A stretch of 64,000 nucleotides of DNA. Origin: a bacterium (GTDB lineage Bacteria > Patescibacteriota > Dojkabacteria > JAKAPS01 > JAJZLI01). The stretch is taken from positions 213,329-277,328 of the forward strand of contig JAKAWT010000002.1 of the NCBI GenBank assembly GCA_021816845.1, read 5' to 3'. Positions 1 through 10,176 of this stretch are shown piece by piece; within the stretch, counting starts at the first letter, position 1; every line of letters begins with the position of its first letter. The position numbers and the translations under genes were made by a program. The notes under the pieces are model-generated. The model did no database searches. It saw nothing but the letters and a program-made list of their open reading frames with translations, and was not told the DNA's origin.

Positions 1-1271
1 TATCATATGGAAATGCCACATTCTATGGTGATTTATCTCAAATTCCAAATATACCAAATAACCAAGTAGCAGATATGGTTGTTACAGCAAATGATCTAGG
101 ATATTATATTTTAACTAAGGATGGTGGTGTATACACATTTGGTAATGCAGTATTTAGAGGTTCAGTGTTTAATATATCATCTGCTCCAATAAAAAATGCT
201 GTATCTTTAAAATTGACACCTGATGGACTAGGTTATTATGTATTAACAGAAGATGGTGCGGTATATACTTTTGGAGACGCTGTTTTTCAAGGATCAATGT
301 ATAACATACCACAAGCACCAAATAAAGTTCCTGTATCTTTGAGTATCACGCCTAACAATCAAGGTTACTATATTCAAACGGAAGATGGAGGGGTATATAC
401 TTTTGGAAATGCTCAATTCATGGGATCTGTGTACAATATTCCCCAAGCACCCGATAAGAGTGCCATGGGTTTAAAACTAACACCAAATGGGCAAGGTTAT
501 TATATAGAAACTACTGATGGTGGTGTGTATACATTTGGGAATGCACAATTCTATGGTTCTATATATAACATCCCTAAGGCCCCAAGTAGTATAGTTTCTG
601 ATTTAGCTATAACACCAAATGGGCAAGGTTATTATGCTCTAACTGCTGATGGTGGTGTATATACATTTGGAAATGCTGAGTTTGAAGGATCAGATGCAGG
701 AGATGCAGCTGAAAATTCCCTTACTGTTAAGGGGTATATACAGCTTCCCTATAATACTTCTACAAATACTGGTGTAGTTGAAGGTGTAGTACAGAATAAT
801 TCTAATTCTACAATGAGTAACATATCTTTGACAGTTACTGGAGTTTTCGGTTCTCAAAAGGTTACTCCATTTTTCACTACTCTAAATCCTGATCAAAAGA
901 CTCCATTTATATTTTCATATCAAGGGACATATTCACCAACTTTAACATTTTCTGTTACTGGCACTCAGACAAATACATATACCAATCCTTTGAGTATAGG
1001 CAATATTCAAGTAACAAATAATAACAATTCAATAACAGTGTCTGGAGTTGTTACAAATAATTCTTCTATGACTATAAGTAATCCTAAGGTTTCAGTGATA
1101 TTTTATGATTCCAATGAAAATTTTGTATCAGTGTTATATCCAAGTAATTTAAGTAGTTCTATGTTACAACCTGGTGCATCCGCAACATTTAGTGCAACAC
1201 TTACAGGTAGCTATGTATCTCAGGTGTCTACAAATACGGATAACGCAGTGAAAGCATTAGTGACATATTAA
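1..1271 (+). CDS. 5'-partial secreted tandem-repeat protein (about 47-aa GYYxLTxDGGVYTFGNAxFxGS repeats x5+, then two copies of a Thr/Ser/Asn-rich beta-sandwich-like domain)
   Basis: ORF 75..1271. The same frame stays open back to base 3 and encodes another repeat copy (YGNATFYGDLSQIPNIPNN), so the gene starts left of the window. The repeat is paralogous to the C-terminus of the 17366..19177 ORF. A hairpin terminator follows. Confidence 0.6.
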   Translation, partial: SYGNATFYGDLSQIPNIPNNQVADMVVTANDLGYYILTKDGGVYTFGNAVFRGSVFNISSAPIKNAVSLKLTPDGLGYYVLTEDGAVYTFGDAVFQGSMYNIPQAPNKVPVSLSITPNNQGYYIQTEDGGVYTFGNAQFMGSVYNIPQAPDKSAMGLKLTPNGQGYYIETTDGGVYTFGNAQFYGSIYNIPKAPSSIVSDLAITPNGQGYYALTADGGVYTFGNAEFEGSDAGDAAENSLTVKGYIQLPYNTSTNTGVVEGVVQNNSNSTMSNISLTVTGVFGSQKVTPFFTTLNPDQKTPFIFSYQGTYSPTLTFSVTGTQTNTYTNPLSIGNIQVTNNNNSITVSGVVTNNSSMTISNPKVSVIFYDSNENFVSVLYPSNLSSSMLQPGASATFSATLTGSYVSQVSTNTDNAVKALVTY

Positions 1272-1290
1272 CTAGGTTATTAATAAAATA

Positions 1291-1325
1291 GAGTAACTCC
1301 ATTGATGGAGTTACTTTTGTTATTT
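1291..1325 (+). terminator. rho-independent terminator (GTAACTCCA-ttga-TGGAGTTAC followed by TTTTGTTATTTT)
   Basis: Perfect 9-bp inverted repeat plus T-run directly after the stop at 1271. It can also serve the convergent minus-strand gene ending at 1344. Confidence 0.6.
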
Positions 1326-1343
1326 TAGACTGTAAATTTTAAT

Positions 1344-1715
1344 TTATATTTCTACGTAAATATCATTTCCTTTTTTTTCAATCTTGTACACACCTAGTTT
1401 TTTCATAAATCTTTGAGCTATATCTGTCATAACCTTTGGACTTTTTATGTTCAACCCTGGAACTGTCTGTGGTCCTTGAAGTACATCTCCATCCTTAAGA
1501 TTAAATACTGATTTATGATGAGGACAAGTAATTCTGGAATCTTCTACAATCCCTCCTTCAAGAGACAAATTAAGATGTGTGCATTTTAGCCCTGTAGCAA
1601 AGAATTTATTATCACAATTTGTAATTAAAATATCATGTCCTTCAATATTAAAACTCTTAGAAGAGTTTAATGATATATCTTCTATTGTACAAACCTTCTT
1701 TAATTTATTATCCAT
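1344..1715 (-). CDS. Rieske [2Fe-2S] domain protein (NirD/ferredoxin-like)
   Basis: CTH...(17 aa)...CPHH, i.e. the CxH-x15-17-CxxH Rieske cluster-binding signature; 123 aa. Confidence 0.6.
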   Translation of the reverse strand: MDNKLKKVCTIEDISLNSSKSFNIEGHDILITNCDNKFFATGLKCTHLNLSLEGGIVEDSRITCPHHKSVFNLKDGDVLQGPQTVPGLNIKSPKVMTDIAQRFMKKLGVYKIEKKGNDIYVEI

Positions 1716-1878
1716 AATAATATTTTACATATAAATTAAAAATAATAAAAGAGTTTTCTTTAATTCATTTTAATCTACAGATTACTCCTCTACCAAACAT
1801 CCAACCTTTTGAAACATTTTGAAGAAAGGTTGTGTATTATAAAGTATGTAATCAATTTATATTAGAATTTATGCATAT

Positions 1879-2262
1879 ATGAAAAATCAAAAAATAAGAA
1901 ACATTGTTATTTTAGTTGTTGTAGCAATTGCATTTGGTGCTATAGGGTATTTCATACCACACAAAGTTACACATCATAAAGGAAAGAAAGGTGTAGCTGG
2001 TGGTGCTATAAGCGCTACTAAAAATAAAGCATCTTCCAAAGTAAAGCATATAGCTTTAACATACATACAAGGAAGTATAAGTAGTATATCTACCACTGCT
2101 CTTACAGTTAATGGCACAAATATAAAAGTTACAAAAGGTACAAAAATATATAATGCTGGTAATTTAGAAAATGTCAGCTCTCTTTCAAGTGGTAATACGG
2201 TAAGCGTAGTAGGAACACACACACAAAGTGGAATCGTGGCTAGATTCATAATTGTAACGTAA
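1879..2262 (+). CDS. small membrane-anchored hypothetical protein
   Basis: N-terminal TM helix, Lys-rich stretch, C-terminal beta-rich Thr/Val/Gly region; located upstream of the efflux adaptor. Confidence 0.4.
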   Translation: MKNQKIRNIVILVVVAIAFGAIGYFIPHKVTHHKGKKGVAGGAISATKNKASSKVKHIALTYIQGSISSISTTALTVNGTNIKVTKGTKIYNAGNLENVSSLSSGNTVSVVGTHTQSGIVARFIIVT

Positions 2263-2270
2263 AAAAAATA

Positions 2271-3611
2271 ATGAAAAATTTTATAAAGCATCTGGGTGCA
2301 AAGCATAGTCTTATTGCAAAAATAGTACTTGTGGTCCTTGTTTTAGGGCTCATATATCTAGGCTATTCATCAATTGTAAAAACAAAACAAAAAATTGTGA
2401 AACCATATACTGTAAAGAGTGGAAGTATAACTCAAAATGTTTCTGCAGTTGGTAATGTTGTATTTGGTAATATGGCAGAGCTTAATTTTCCAATTTCAGG
2501 GAAACTTTCCCAAGTATATGTTAAAGATGGGCAAAGTGTACAATCTGGAGAAAAACTTGCATCTTTAACTACTACAACGTTAGAGGAGAATGTACAGACA
2601 GCACAAAATAACTATGATATAGCACAGCAAAAAATAAATGCTTTATATGGGCAAGCATCCTCAGATGTACAAACCGCACAAAATGCTCTTAGCCAGGCAC
2701 AAGCTACACTAAATTCAGATCAAACTAATCTTAACTCTACACCTACCACATCTTCAAATTATCAGACCCTTCAGGCAAAAGTACAGACTGATAATACTAC
2801 AGTTAGTGTAGATCAACAGAACCTCCAAAATGCTCAACAAGAACCCCTATATTATAACCTTGCACCTTTAGTAGATTCAAAAAATAATGCATATATAAAT
2901 TTGGAACAGGCACAAAGTGCATTAGCAGAAGCTACTCTAACTTCTCCAATTTCAGGAACTGTTATATTCCTTTCATCTATTGCTCCTAATGAACAAGTGG
3001 GTGCTACAGCTCAAGGTGGATCAAAAGGTATAGCTTCTGCAGAGAGTGGAGTTTCAAATGTTGCAGGTAATTCATTCGTTACAATAGCAAATACTAAATC
3101 TGCACAGATATTTGCATATGTGGATGAAAGTTCTATTGCAAAAGTTAATACAGGACAAAATGTAGATATAACTTTAACTGCTTATCCTAATCGAACATTT
3201 AAAGGTAATGTCATATCTATAGAACCATCATCTACTATAATACAGAATGTAGTAAATTATGGAGTAACTATAAGTATTAACAATGCTCCATCAAGCATTA
3301 AGCTAGGAATGAGTGCTAATGTTAATATAGTAACTGCACAAGCCTCGAATACATTATTAATACCAAATTCTGCGTTAGTATACACAACATCAGGTAAACC
3401 ATTAGTCATATTAGATTCTAATGGTAAATATATCAAAAAACCAATTCAAACTGGGATTAGTAATATATACTTTACTCAGGTTACAAGTGGACTTCAACGT
3501 GGAGACAAGATAGTGGTTAATGGAAACAGTTCGTTTAAAATCAAATCTACTGGCACAAAAGGTGCTCTGGGTGGGAAAGGGAAAGGAATTGGTAAACAGT
3601 TTGGACTATGA
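2271..3611 (+). CDS. efflux periplasmic adaptor, HlyD/MacA family
   Basis: N-terminal TM anchor, long Gln/Ala-rich coiled-coil region, C-terminal beta-barrel/lipoyl-like segments; 4-nt overlap with the downstream ABC ATPase. Confidence 0.7.
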   Translation: MKNFIKHLGAKHSLIAKIVLVVLVLGLIYLGYSSIVKTKQKIVKPYTVKSGSITQNVSAVGNVVFGNMAELNFPISGKLSQVYVKDGQSVQSGEKLASLTTTTLEENVQTAQNNYDIAQQKINALYGQASSDVQTAQNALSQAQATLNSDQTNLNSTPTTSSNYQTLQAKVQTDNTTVSVDQQNLQNAQQEPLYYNLAPLVDSKNNAYINLEQAQSALAEATLTSPISGTVIFLSSIAPNEQVGATAQGGSKGIASAESGVSNVAGNSFVTIANTKSAQIFAYVDESSIAKVNTGQNVDITLTAYPNRTFKGNVISIEPSSTIIQNVVNYGVTISINNAPSSIKLGMSANVNIVTAQASNTLLIPNSALVYTTSGKPLVILDSNGKYIKKPIQTGISNIYFTQVTSGLQRGDKIVVNGNSSFKIKSTGTKGALGGKGKGIGKQFGL

Positions 3612-4297
3612 TCACTTTAAAAGGTATATATAAAATATATGGTGATACTGGAAACGAGGTTACTGCTCTTGATAACATCAATCTTACAATAGAAAAAGGA
3701 GAATATATTAGTATTATGGGGGCAAGTGGCTCAGGCAAATCATCCCTAATGCATATAATGGGACTTTTAGATAAACCAACCAGAGGTGAATATATCTTAG
3801 ATGGAGTAAATACAAAGGATATAAAAGAGAAAGAATTATCCACTGTGAGGAACAAGTATATAGGATTTGTATTTCAAGCATTTAATCTTCTTCCTCGTAC
3901 TACAGTGATGGAAAACGTAATCCTTCCATTAATATATAGAGGAGAAAACAGAGATAGTGCGGAAAAAAAGGCTATGAAGATTCTCCAAAATTTGGGTATT
4001 GGTGAACGTGCTTATTTTAAAACAAATCAAATATCAGGAGGACAACAACAAAGGGTTGCTATAGCAAGGGCTTTAACACAAGAGCCAACTTTAATATTAG
4101 CAGATGAACCCACTGGGAATGTAGATTCAAAAACCACATTAGAGATTATAAAAATCCTCCAAGATTTAAATGATGAAGGACACTCAATTGTTATAGTTAC
4201 TCATGAGGAGGATATAGGAGATAGAGCAAAAAGAAAGATTAAATTAAAAGATGGTTTTTTGATTGAAGATAAAATTATAAAACAAAAAAGGATCTAG
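3608..4297 (+). CDS. ABC transporter ATP-binding protein, MacB/LolD-type
   Basis: Walker [10 protein letters not shown], signature [15 protein letters not shown], Walker [13 protein letters not shown]-loop VTHE. Confidence 0.9.
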   Translation: MITLKGIYKIYGDTGNEVTALDNINLTIEKGEYISIMGASGSGKSSLMHIMGLLDKPTRGEYILDGVNTKDIKEKELSTVRNKYIGFVFQAFNLLPRTTVMENVILPLIYRGENRDSAEKKAMKILQNLGIGERAYFKTNQISGGQQQRVAIARALTQEPTLILADEPTGNVDSKTTLEIIKILQDLNDEGHSIVIVTHEEDIGDRAKRKIKLKDGFLIEDKIIKQKRI

Positions 4298-4321
4298 ATA
4301 ATCATATCTAGATACAAAAAT

Positions 4322-5551
4322 ATGAATTTTAAAGATTTTTTATTTACAGCAATACATTCTCTAACTATTAATATAGGTAGAACTGTCTTATCTGCTCTAG
4401 GTATTATCATAGGTATAGCATCTGTTATCGCGCTTATTTCTGTAGGTCAAGGTGCTCAATCAAAGATTACCCAGAACATTCAAAACCTTGGATCTAATCT
4501 TATTATAGTAACCTCTGGTAATGCAAAAGTGGGGAATGTTAAACAAGGGATAGGCACTGCTGGAACACTAAATCAAAATGATTTGACTGCTCTAGAGAGT
4601 AGAAGTAATACACCAGATGTTGTAGCTGTATCTCCAGTTATAAGTAAGCAAGGTCAACTTATATATAAAAGTCAAAATGCAGTTACTTTAATTGAAGGAG
4701 TAACACCTGCAGCTCAAGTTGTAAATGATATTACAATGTCTAAAGGATCTTTTATTACTGAGCCAGATATTAAAGATAATCTACCAGTTATTGTTTTAGG
4801 TCCTACAGTTGCTAGCGAACTTTTTCCAAACTCTAATCCACTTGGTAAAATTGTTACTATCGGGAATACATCTTTTACAGTAATTGGAGTCACACAAGCT
4901 AAAGGGTCATCAGGAGGAGGTTCATTTAATCAAGATAATCAAGTAGCTGTTCCAATCACTACGGCACAAGCTGAACTATTTGGGAATATTGGATATAGTA
5001 CTATAATAGTACAAGCACAAAGTGCCCAAGCTATGAACAATGCAACAGCAGAAGTGGAAAATACCTTGATGAGAGTACAAGGAATTACCAATATAAATCA
5101 GGCAAACTTCAATATCACTAATCAAACCCAAATTCTTACAACGTTGAACAGTATAACTGGCACATTTACATTACTTTTGGGTGGTATAGCAGGTATATCA
5201 CTTATTGTTGGTGGAATAGGTATTATGAATATTATGCTTGTATCTGTAACAGAGAGAACAAGAGAAATAGGATTGAGAAAAGCAATTGGTGCAAAAAATA
5301 GCGATATATTGTATCAATTTTTAATAGAAGCTATACTAATAACAGTTATAGGTGGATTTATAGGATTAACAATAGGGATATTTATGGACTATCTGATTGC
5401 CACATATATTATAAAAGTTCCATTCATCATATCTTCAATAGCAATAATACTATCTATAACAGTGTCAATCACAATAGGACTTGCTTTTGGTATTTTTCCT
5501 GCATACAAAGCATCAAGATTGTCTCCTATAGAGGCACTAAGATATGAGTAA
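4322..5551 (+). CDS. ABC transporter permease, FtsX/MacB family
   Basis: N-terminal TM, large periplasmic domain, C-terminal 3-TM FtsX domain ending in the typical ...SRLSPIEALRYE tail. Confidence 0.85.
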   Translation: MNFKDFLFTAIHSLTINIGRTVLSALGIIIGIASVIALISVGQGAQSKITQNIQNLGSNLIIVTSGNAKVGNVKQGIGTAGTLNQNDLTALESRSNTPDVVAVSPVISKQGQLIYKSQNAVTLIEGVTPAAQVVNDITMSKGSFITEPDIKDNLPVIVLGPTVASELFPNSNPLGKIVTIGNTSFTVIGVTQAKGSSGGGSFNQDNQVAVPITTAQAELFGNIGYSTIIVQAQSAQAMNNATAEVENTLMRVQGITNINQANFNITNQTQILTTLNSITGTFTLLLGGIAGISLIVGGIGIMNIMLVSVTERTREIGLRKAIGAKNSDILYQFLIEAILITVIGGFIGLTIGIFMDYLIATYIIKVPFIISSIAIILSITVSITIGLAFGIFPAYKASRLSPIEALRYE

Positions 5552-5579
5552 ACTTGAGATTATATATTAAATATGAGTT

Positions 5580-5777
5580 TTAGTAATTATAATCCCAACA
5601 ATAATAAGTAGTAGTAATAGGAATATAAAAGCTGATATACCGACTTGCCTCTTTTATGGGTCTATTACTATCTATAAAATGCCTTTTATATTCCTCATAT
5701 GTAATAAAACCTGACATAGACCCTCCAAGTAAACCAAAGATAAGTCCTATCAAAAAATACATTTTCACTATTACCAT
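5580..5777 (-). CDS. small membrane protein (hypothetical)
   Basis: 65-aa ORF with one clear hydrophobic helix; weak support. Confidence 0.25.
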   Translation of the reverse strand: MVIVKMYFLIGLIFGLLGGSMSGFITYEEYKRHFIDSNRPIKEASRYISFYIPITTTYYCWDYNY

Positions 5778-5801
5778 AATATTTAGTTGGAGTCAATTTT
5801 T

Positions 5802-6074
5802 TTAATTCTGATAATGAAAGTCTAATGTTTCTAGATTTAAACTAACAACATCTTCTGGATAATCGTGAACTATAGTTCTATCTAGTAACAATCTAAATAA
5901 GGCTTCATTTACGGCTATGTGTGAAAATTGACCAGTTTTAGAAAGTTCTCTACAATACTCTCCAATACCTAATATTGGTTGTTTTCTAAGATCATCCACT
6001 ATTCTCCTCCTCAGAATATCTACTTGATTTTTAAATTCTCCTACATTGTGATTATACTTTTCTGGTGCTTCCAT
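5802..6074 (-). CDS. hypothetical protein
   Basis: 90-aa ORF, no recognisable motif. Confidence 0.3.
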   Translation of the reverse strand: MEAPEKYNHNVGEFKNQVDILRRRIVDDLRKQPILGIGEYCRELSKTGQFSHIAVNEALFRLLLDRTIVHDYPEDVVSLNLETLDFHYQN

Positions 6075-6191
6075 CCGTGTTTTATTGTTGTCTTATAATA
6101 TTATATAACCATACTAAAAACAATGCCTATTATATAATGTATGCTATACTCTATTTAGATACTTTGCTATTAATCTCCAAAAGATTTAGAT

Positions 6192-7247
6192 GTGAATATT
6201 TCCAATAATAATTATATGACCAAATTGAATAAACATATTAAAATTGTACGTTCCAGTTTAAGCAGGCTAAGTTCCATGAGTGAAAAATCATGTGAGTCTA
6301 TATATAACGTTCTAGTGAAGAGCTATTCTCATGTTGATATTAGTATTGTGAATAATTTAGAGGATCTAAAAGATTTGATAAACTCTAGACCAGATTTAGT
6401 TTTTTTGGGTATGAAATTTATACCTACAAATACTGGATTATTATCATCAAAAATATGGATAAGTAAATATTTAGATGATAATAACGTTATATATACAGGA
6501 TCAGGTAAATCAGCACATGAACTTGAATATAATAAACATCTTGCAAAACAGAGGATGATAAATTTCGGTATCCAGACTTCCCCATTTTATATTATAAAAC
6601 ACAATGATACTCAAGAAAAATATAATAACATGCTAAGATTTCCTGTATTTATAAAACCAACAAATCGTAGTGGAGGTATGGGAATTGATAGTGATTCAGT
6701 AGCATATAACTTTGAAGATCTATATTTCAAAGTTAATTTAATTTCTACTAAATTAAGATCAGATTCAATAGTAGAAGAGTATTTACCAGGTAGAGAATTT
6801 AGTGTTGCTATATTGAAAAACCATCACTCAAATAGATTTAGTGTAATGCCTATAGAACTAATTGCAATGCCCGATAAAAATGGTATAAGTATGCTTAGTA
6901 AAAAAGTAAAATCATCAAATAGTGAGTGTGTTAAAGAAGTTACTGATAATATTATAAGATCTAATATTATGGAACTTTCAATGAGAGCTTTTAATGCACT
7001 TGGTGCTCGTGATTATGGACGTATAGATATTAGAATGAATGAGAATGGTATCCCACAATTTCTTGAAGCTAATCTCATACCAAGCCTTATTGATAAATAT
7101 GGTTCATTCCCTAAAGCTTGTATGTTAAATATAAGCTTGGGCTATGAACAGATGATATTAAATATTGTAAAATTAGCATTAAATCGTATAACTATAAAAG
7201 AGAAAATTTCTACAGAATCTTATGATTTGATATTAAAAAATTCTTAA
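6192..7247 (+). CDS. ATP-grasp enzyme, D-alanine--D-alanine ligase-like
   Basis: FIKPTNRSGGMGI, EEYLPGREFSVAIL, RIDIRMNENGIPQFLEANLIPSL: motifs of the Ddl-type ATP-grasp fold; the N-terminal domain is atypical. Confidence 0.6.
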   Translation: MNISNNNYMTKLNKHIKIVRSSLSRLSSMSEKSCESIYNVLVKSYSHVDISIVNNLEDLKDLINSRPDLVFLGMKFIPTNTGLLSSKIWISKYLDDNNVIYTGSGKSAHELEYNKHLAKQRMINFGIQTSPFYIIKHNDTQEKYNNMLRFPVFIKPTNRSGGMGIDSDSVAYNFEDLYFKVNLISTKLRSDSIVEEYLPGREFSVAILKNHHSNRFSVMPIELIAMPDKNGISMLSKKVKSSNSECVKEVTDNIIRSNIMELSMRAFNALGARDYGRIDIRMNENGIPQFLEANLIPSLIDKYGSFPKACMLNISLGYEQMILNIVKLALNRITIKEKISTESYDLILKNS

Positions 7248-7283
7248 TATACAATCTTTAAGAATACATATAATATTTAAAAA

Positions 7284-8555
7284 ATGATTAATAATAATGA
7301 AACTCTTCCTCCTAACAATCTTATTAAAAAACGGTGGAGGGATATGGGTGCGGCATTTAAAGTACGTAACTATCGTTGGTATTGGACAACACAATTTCTA
7401 TCAGGAATAGGAACTTGGGCACAAGCTATAGCTCAATCTTGGTTAATCCTTGATCTTACACACTCAGCAATAGCATTAGGTACAATTACAATGTTGCAAT
7501 TTCTACCCATGCTGCTTTTTTCTTTGTTTGGCGGTGTTATTGCTGATAGATTTGAACGTAGACGACTTCTTGTATTTACACAGATTATATTAGCATTACA
7601 AGCAATCATACTAGCTATACTTGTCCTTACTCACGCTATAACTATATTTGAAGTAGGATTTTTAGCGTTACTTTTAGGTACAATAAATGCTTTAAATGGA
7701 CCAGCTCAACAAGCTTTTGTTCCTGAACTTGTAGGTAAGGATCTTGTTCCTAATGCAGTAGCCTTAAATAGTGTTCAATTTAATACTTCAAGAATGATAG
7801 GAGGAGCGATAGGTGGTATAGCTGTAGCTTTATGGGGCATACCAGGAGCTTTATTCTTTAATGCTGCGAGTTTTATCCCTACAATTGTTGTACTCATTAT
7901 AATTAGACCTGCCTATACTGCTATAAAAACATATTTGGAAAAGACATCTGCTATAACTGAACTTATGGAAGGTTTGAAGTATGCATTATCAAATCTATCT
8001 ATTCGTAGAATAGTTTTACTTTTTGGTATTATTGGTCTTTTAGGTTTTAATTGGCAAGTAGCTGTTCCTCTAATAGCTAAATTTTCACTGCATCAAAATG
8101 TTACAGCATTTGGAGATTTAATGGCAGCACTTGGAGCTGGCTCTCTAATTGGTGCAATTATACAAGCTAGAAATAGTAATGCTAGTGAAAAACGTATAAT
8201 ATTGGGTGGAATTGCTTTAGGTATTTCCCTACTGCTACTTGGTCTATCACATTCATATTTATTAAGTCTTATACTTTTAGCTATTGCTGGGTTCTCAGGT
8301 ATTATAGCATCTGTTACAACCAATACTAGATTACAATTAATCACACCTGATAAATTTAGAGGTAGGATTATGGGTATCTATGTATTATTAATGGGGGGCA
8401 CAACACCAATTGGAGCATTCTTATTTGGAGAGATTGCAGGTAATTTTAATACTGGTGTAGCATTGATAATTTTTGGTAGCATCACTGTATTGGGGATAGT
8501 AACAATCGCTCTAACCAACAGACATTTTGCAACACCTGGTTTATTTACTAACTAG
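7284..8555 (+). CDS. MFS transporter (EntS/MFS_3-like, 12 TM)
   Basis: 12 predicted TM helices, Arg-rich loop after TM2 (DRFERRRLL). Confidence 0.7.
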   Translation: MINNNETLPPNNLIKKRWRDMGAAFKVRNYRWYWTTQFLSGIGTWAQAIAQSWLILDLTHSAIALGTITMLQFLPMLLFSLFGGVIADRFERRRLLVFTQIILALQAIILAILVLTHAITIFEVGFLALLLGTINALNGPAQQAFVPELVGKDLVPNAVALNSVQFNTSRMIGGAIGGIAVALWGIPGALFFNAASFIPTIVVLIIIRPAYTAIKTYLEKTSAITELMEGLKYALSNLSIRRIVLLFGIIGLLGFNWQVAVPLIAKFSLHQNVTAFGDLMAALGAGSLIGAIIQARNSNASEKRIILGGIALGISLLLLGLSHSYLLSLILLAIAGFSGIIASVTTNTRLQLITPDKFRGRIMGIYVLLMGGTTPIGAFLFGEIAGNFNTGVALIIFGSITVLGIVTIALTNRHFATPGLFTN

Positions 8556-8557
8556 TC

Positions 8558-8830
8558 TTATCTTTTTTTTAGACGTTTATTTATCATCTCAAATGTAGAA
8601 TTATCTGGTAAACCAAGCGATCTAGCAATAATCTTAAGCTCTTCTTGATAAATTACATGCCATGGAGAATCACTACTAATATTAAGTTTCCTCGTTTCTT
8701 CGACCCTATTAATTTCATCTATTTCATCCCATGTAACATCATCACTAAGACCCAACTTCCTAGCAGCAAGTATTCTACTATTATTATAAATAGCATCTGA
8801 ATCAATGTCACTAATAGTTTCAATGTCCAT
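8558..8830 (-). CDS. small protein with tandem ARxLGL(P/S)xxxxW(D/E)EI repeats
   Basis: Two copies of the about 22-aa module that 9562..9909 carries in four copies. Confidence 0.45.
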   Translation of the reverse strand: MDIETISDIDSDAIYNNSRILAARKLGLSDDVTWDEIDEINRVEETRKLNISSDSPWHVIYQEELKIIARSLGLPDNSTFEMINKRLKKR

Positions 8831-8841
8831 TTTTGTGAATG

Positions 8842-9504
8842 TTAATCTTTCCTGAAGGATATAGGGGGAGTATATGGTTTTACCAGACCGATACCTGTTA
8901 TAGTAAATGATTCAATATGATTATTGTTTGATAATGCGTGTGCCCCTACATCTTCAGATAACATATAACCTTTACTTGATATACATGAAGACGCAAGTTG
9001 TACTAATGAATTTCCAACATCAGTTCTTTTAAAAGTCCATATATGTCCTGTAACCCCAGCTATACTACAAGGTTTACCTTCCAGTAATATTGCACCAGTA
9101 ACATCTTTAAATCCTACAAATTGTTCAACACTTTTTATATATGGTGAGTTTTGATAATTATTAGAACCTTCTTTTTGTCTATACCAAGTATTAGCTAAAT
9201 CTGTATATATATAACCATTTATATGGTACTCAGGTAATGGTTGTTGTGTGCTCCAGTTTTGAGGTGAATAAACTAGTCCTGTAATTGTTAATGAGTTATT
9301 AGTGAAACTAAAAGTGTAGTTTTTAAGATCTATTAATTTAGATAGATTCAATATTGATTTACTAGAAACTGAAGAATTACTGTTTATTAAATTAGAATTT
9401 TTTGTTGATATATTATTGTTTTTTGGAGTAATTAGATAAAGGATAATAACTATAACTGCAACAAGTGGTAATATTACATATATAATTGTTCTTTTTGAAG
9501 TCAT
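8842..9504 (-). CDS. membrane-anchored extracytoplasmic hypothetical protein
   Basis: N-terminal TM helix, Asn/Ser-rich linker, globular C-terminal domain. Confidence 0.45.
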   Translation of the reverse strand: MTSKRTIIYVILPLVAVIVIILYLITPKNNNISTKNSNLINSNSSVSSKSILNLSKLIDLKNYTFSFTNNSLTITGLVYSPQNWSTQQPLPEYHINGYIYTDLANTWYRQKEGSNNYQNSPYIKSVEQFVGFKDVTGAILLEGKPCSIAGVTGHIWTFKRTDVGNSLVQLASSCISSKGYMLSEDVGAHALSNNNHIESFTITGIGLVKPYTPPISFRKD

Positions 9505-9561
9505 ATTTTCTATCTCTAATTATTGCAGAAATAGTATATTGTTTTTATATTATTGTCAATG

Positions 9562-9909
9562 CTAATTTAGCTGTATTCTTCTTTCTAGATCTCTTTTTGC
9601 TCTCAATACATCTTCATAACTAGAATCATAAGGTAAGCCTAATATTCTTGCATTAATCATTCTTTCTTCATTATGTATTTCTGACCAAGTAGCTGTGTAA
9701 TCAAGCCCTATATTTCTTGCAGCAAATACCCTTTCTATGTCATCTATAACTTCCCAAGATGTGTTTTCTGGAAGACCAAGTCTTCTTGCAGCATCTATCC
9801 TTTCTTGATTGTGTATCTGACCCCATGAAGCACCCTCAGGTAACCCCAACATTCTAGAACATATTGTCCTTTCTAACATATCATTTATTTCTGTATTATC
9901 CTTTTCCAT
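9562..9909 (-). CDS. small protein with 4 tandem ARRLGLPxxxSWxxIxxxER repeats
   Basis: RRLGLPENTSWEVIDDIER / ARNIGLDYTATWSEIHNEER / ARILGLPYDSSYEDV...: internally repeated about 22-aa module shared with 8558..8830. Confidence 0.45.
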   Translation of the reverse strand: MEKDNTEINDMLERTICSRMLGLPEGASWGQIHNQERIDAARRLGLPENTSWEVIDDIERVFAARNIGLDYTATWSEIHNEERMINARILGLPYDSSYEDVLRAKRDLERRIQLN

Positions 9910-10176
9910 AGATCTATCTATATAGATTGTTAATATAAACCATCATGAGTACCTATATCATAAACAATGATTGTACTATTTGATACCCCTTTATATATTA
10001 ATCGCACATTATATTCTATTGATAATTTTTTAAACTCTTAAAATCCGGATTATCAATAAATTAATATTACTCATATTATTGATAAATATATACTAAACGA
10101 TACTATTTTGATTGAAATTTATCAAGTATAATCTTCTATAAAATCATCAAGTTTCGATAATTTCTGAAAGATATTG

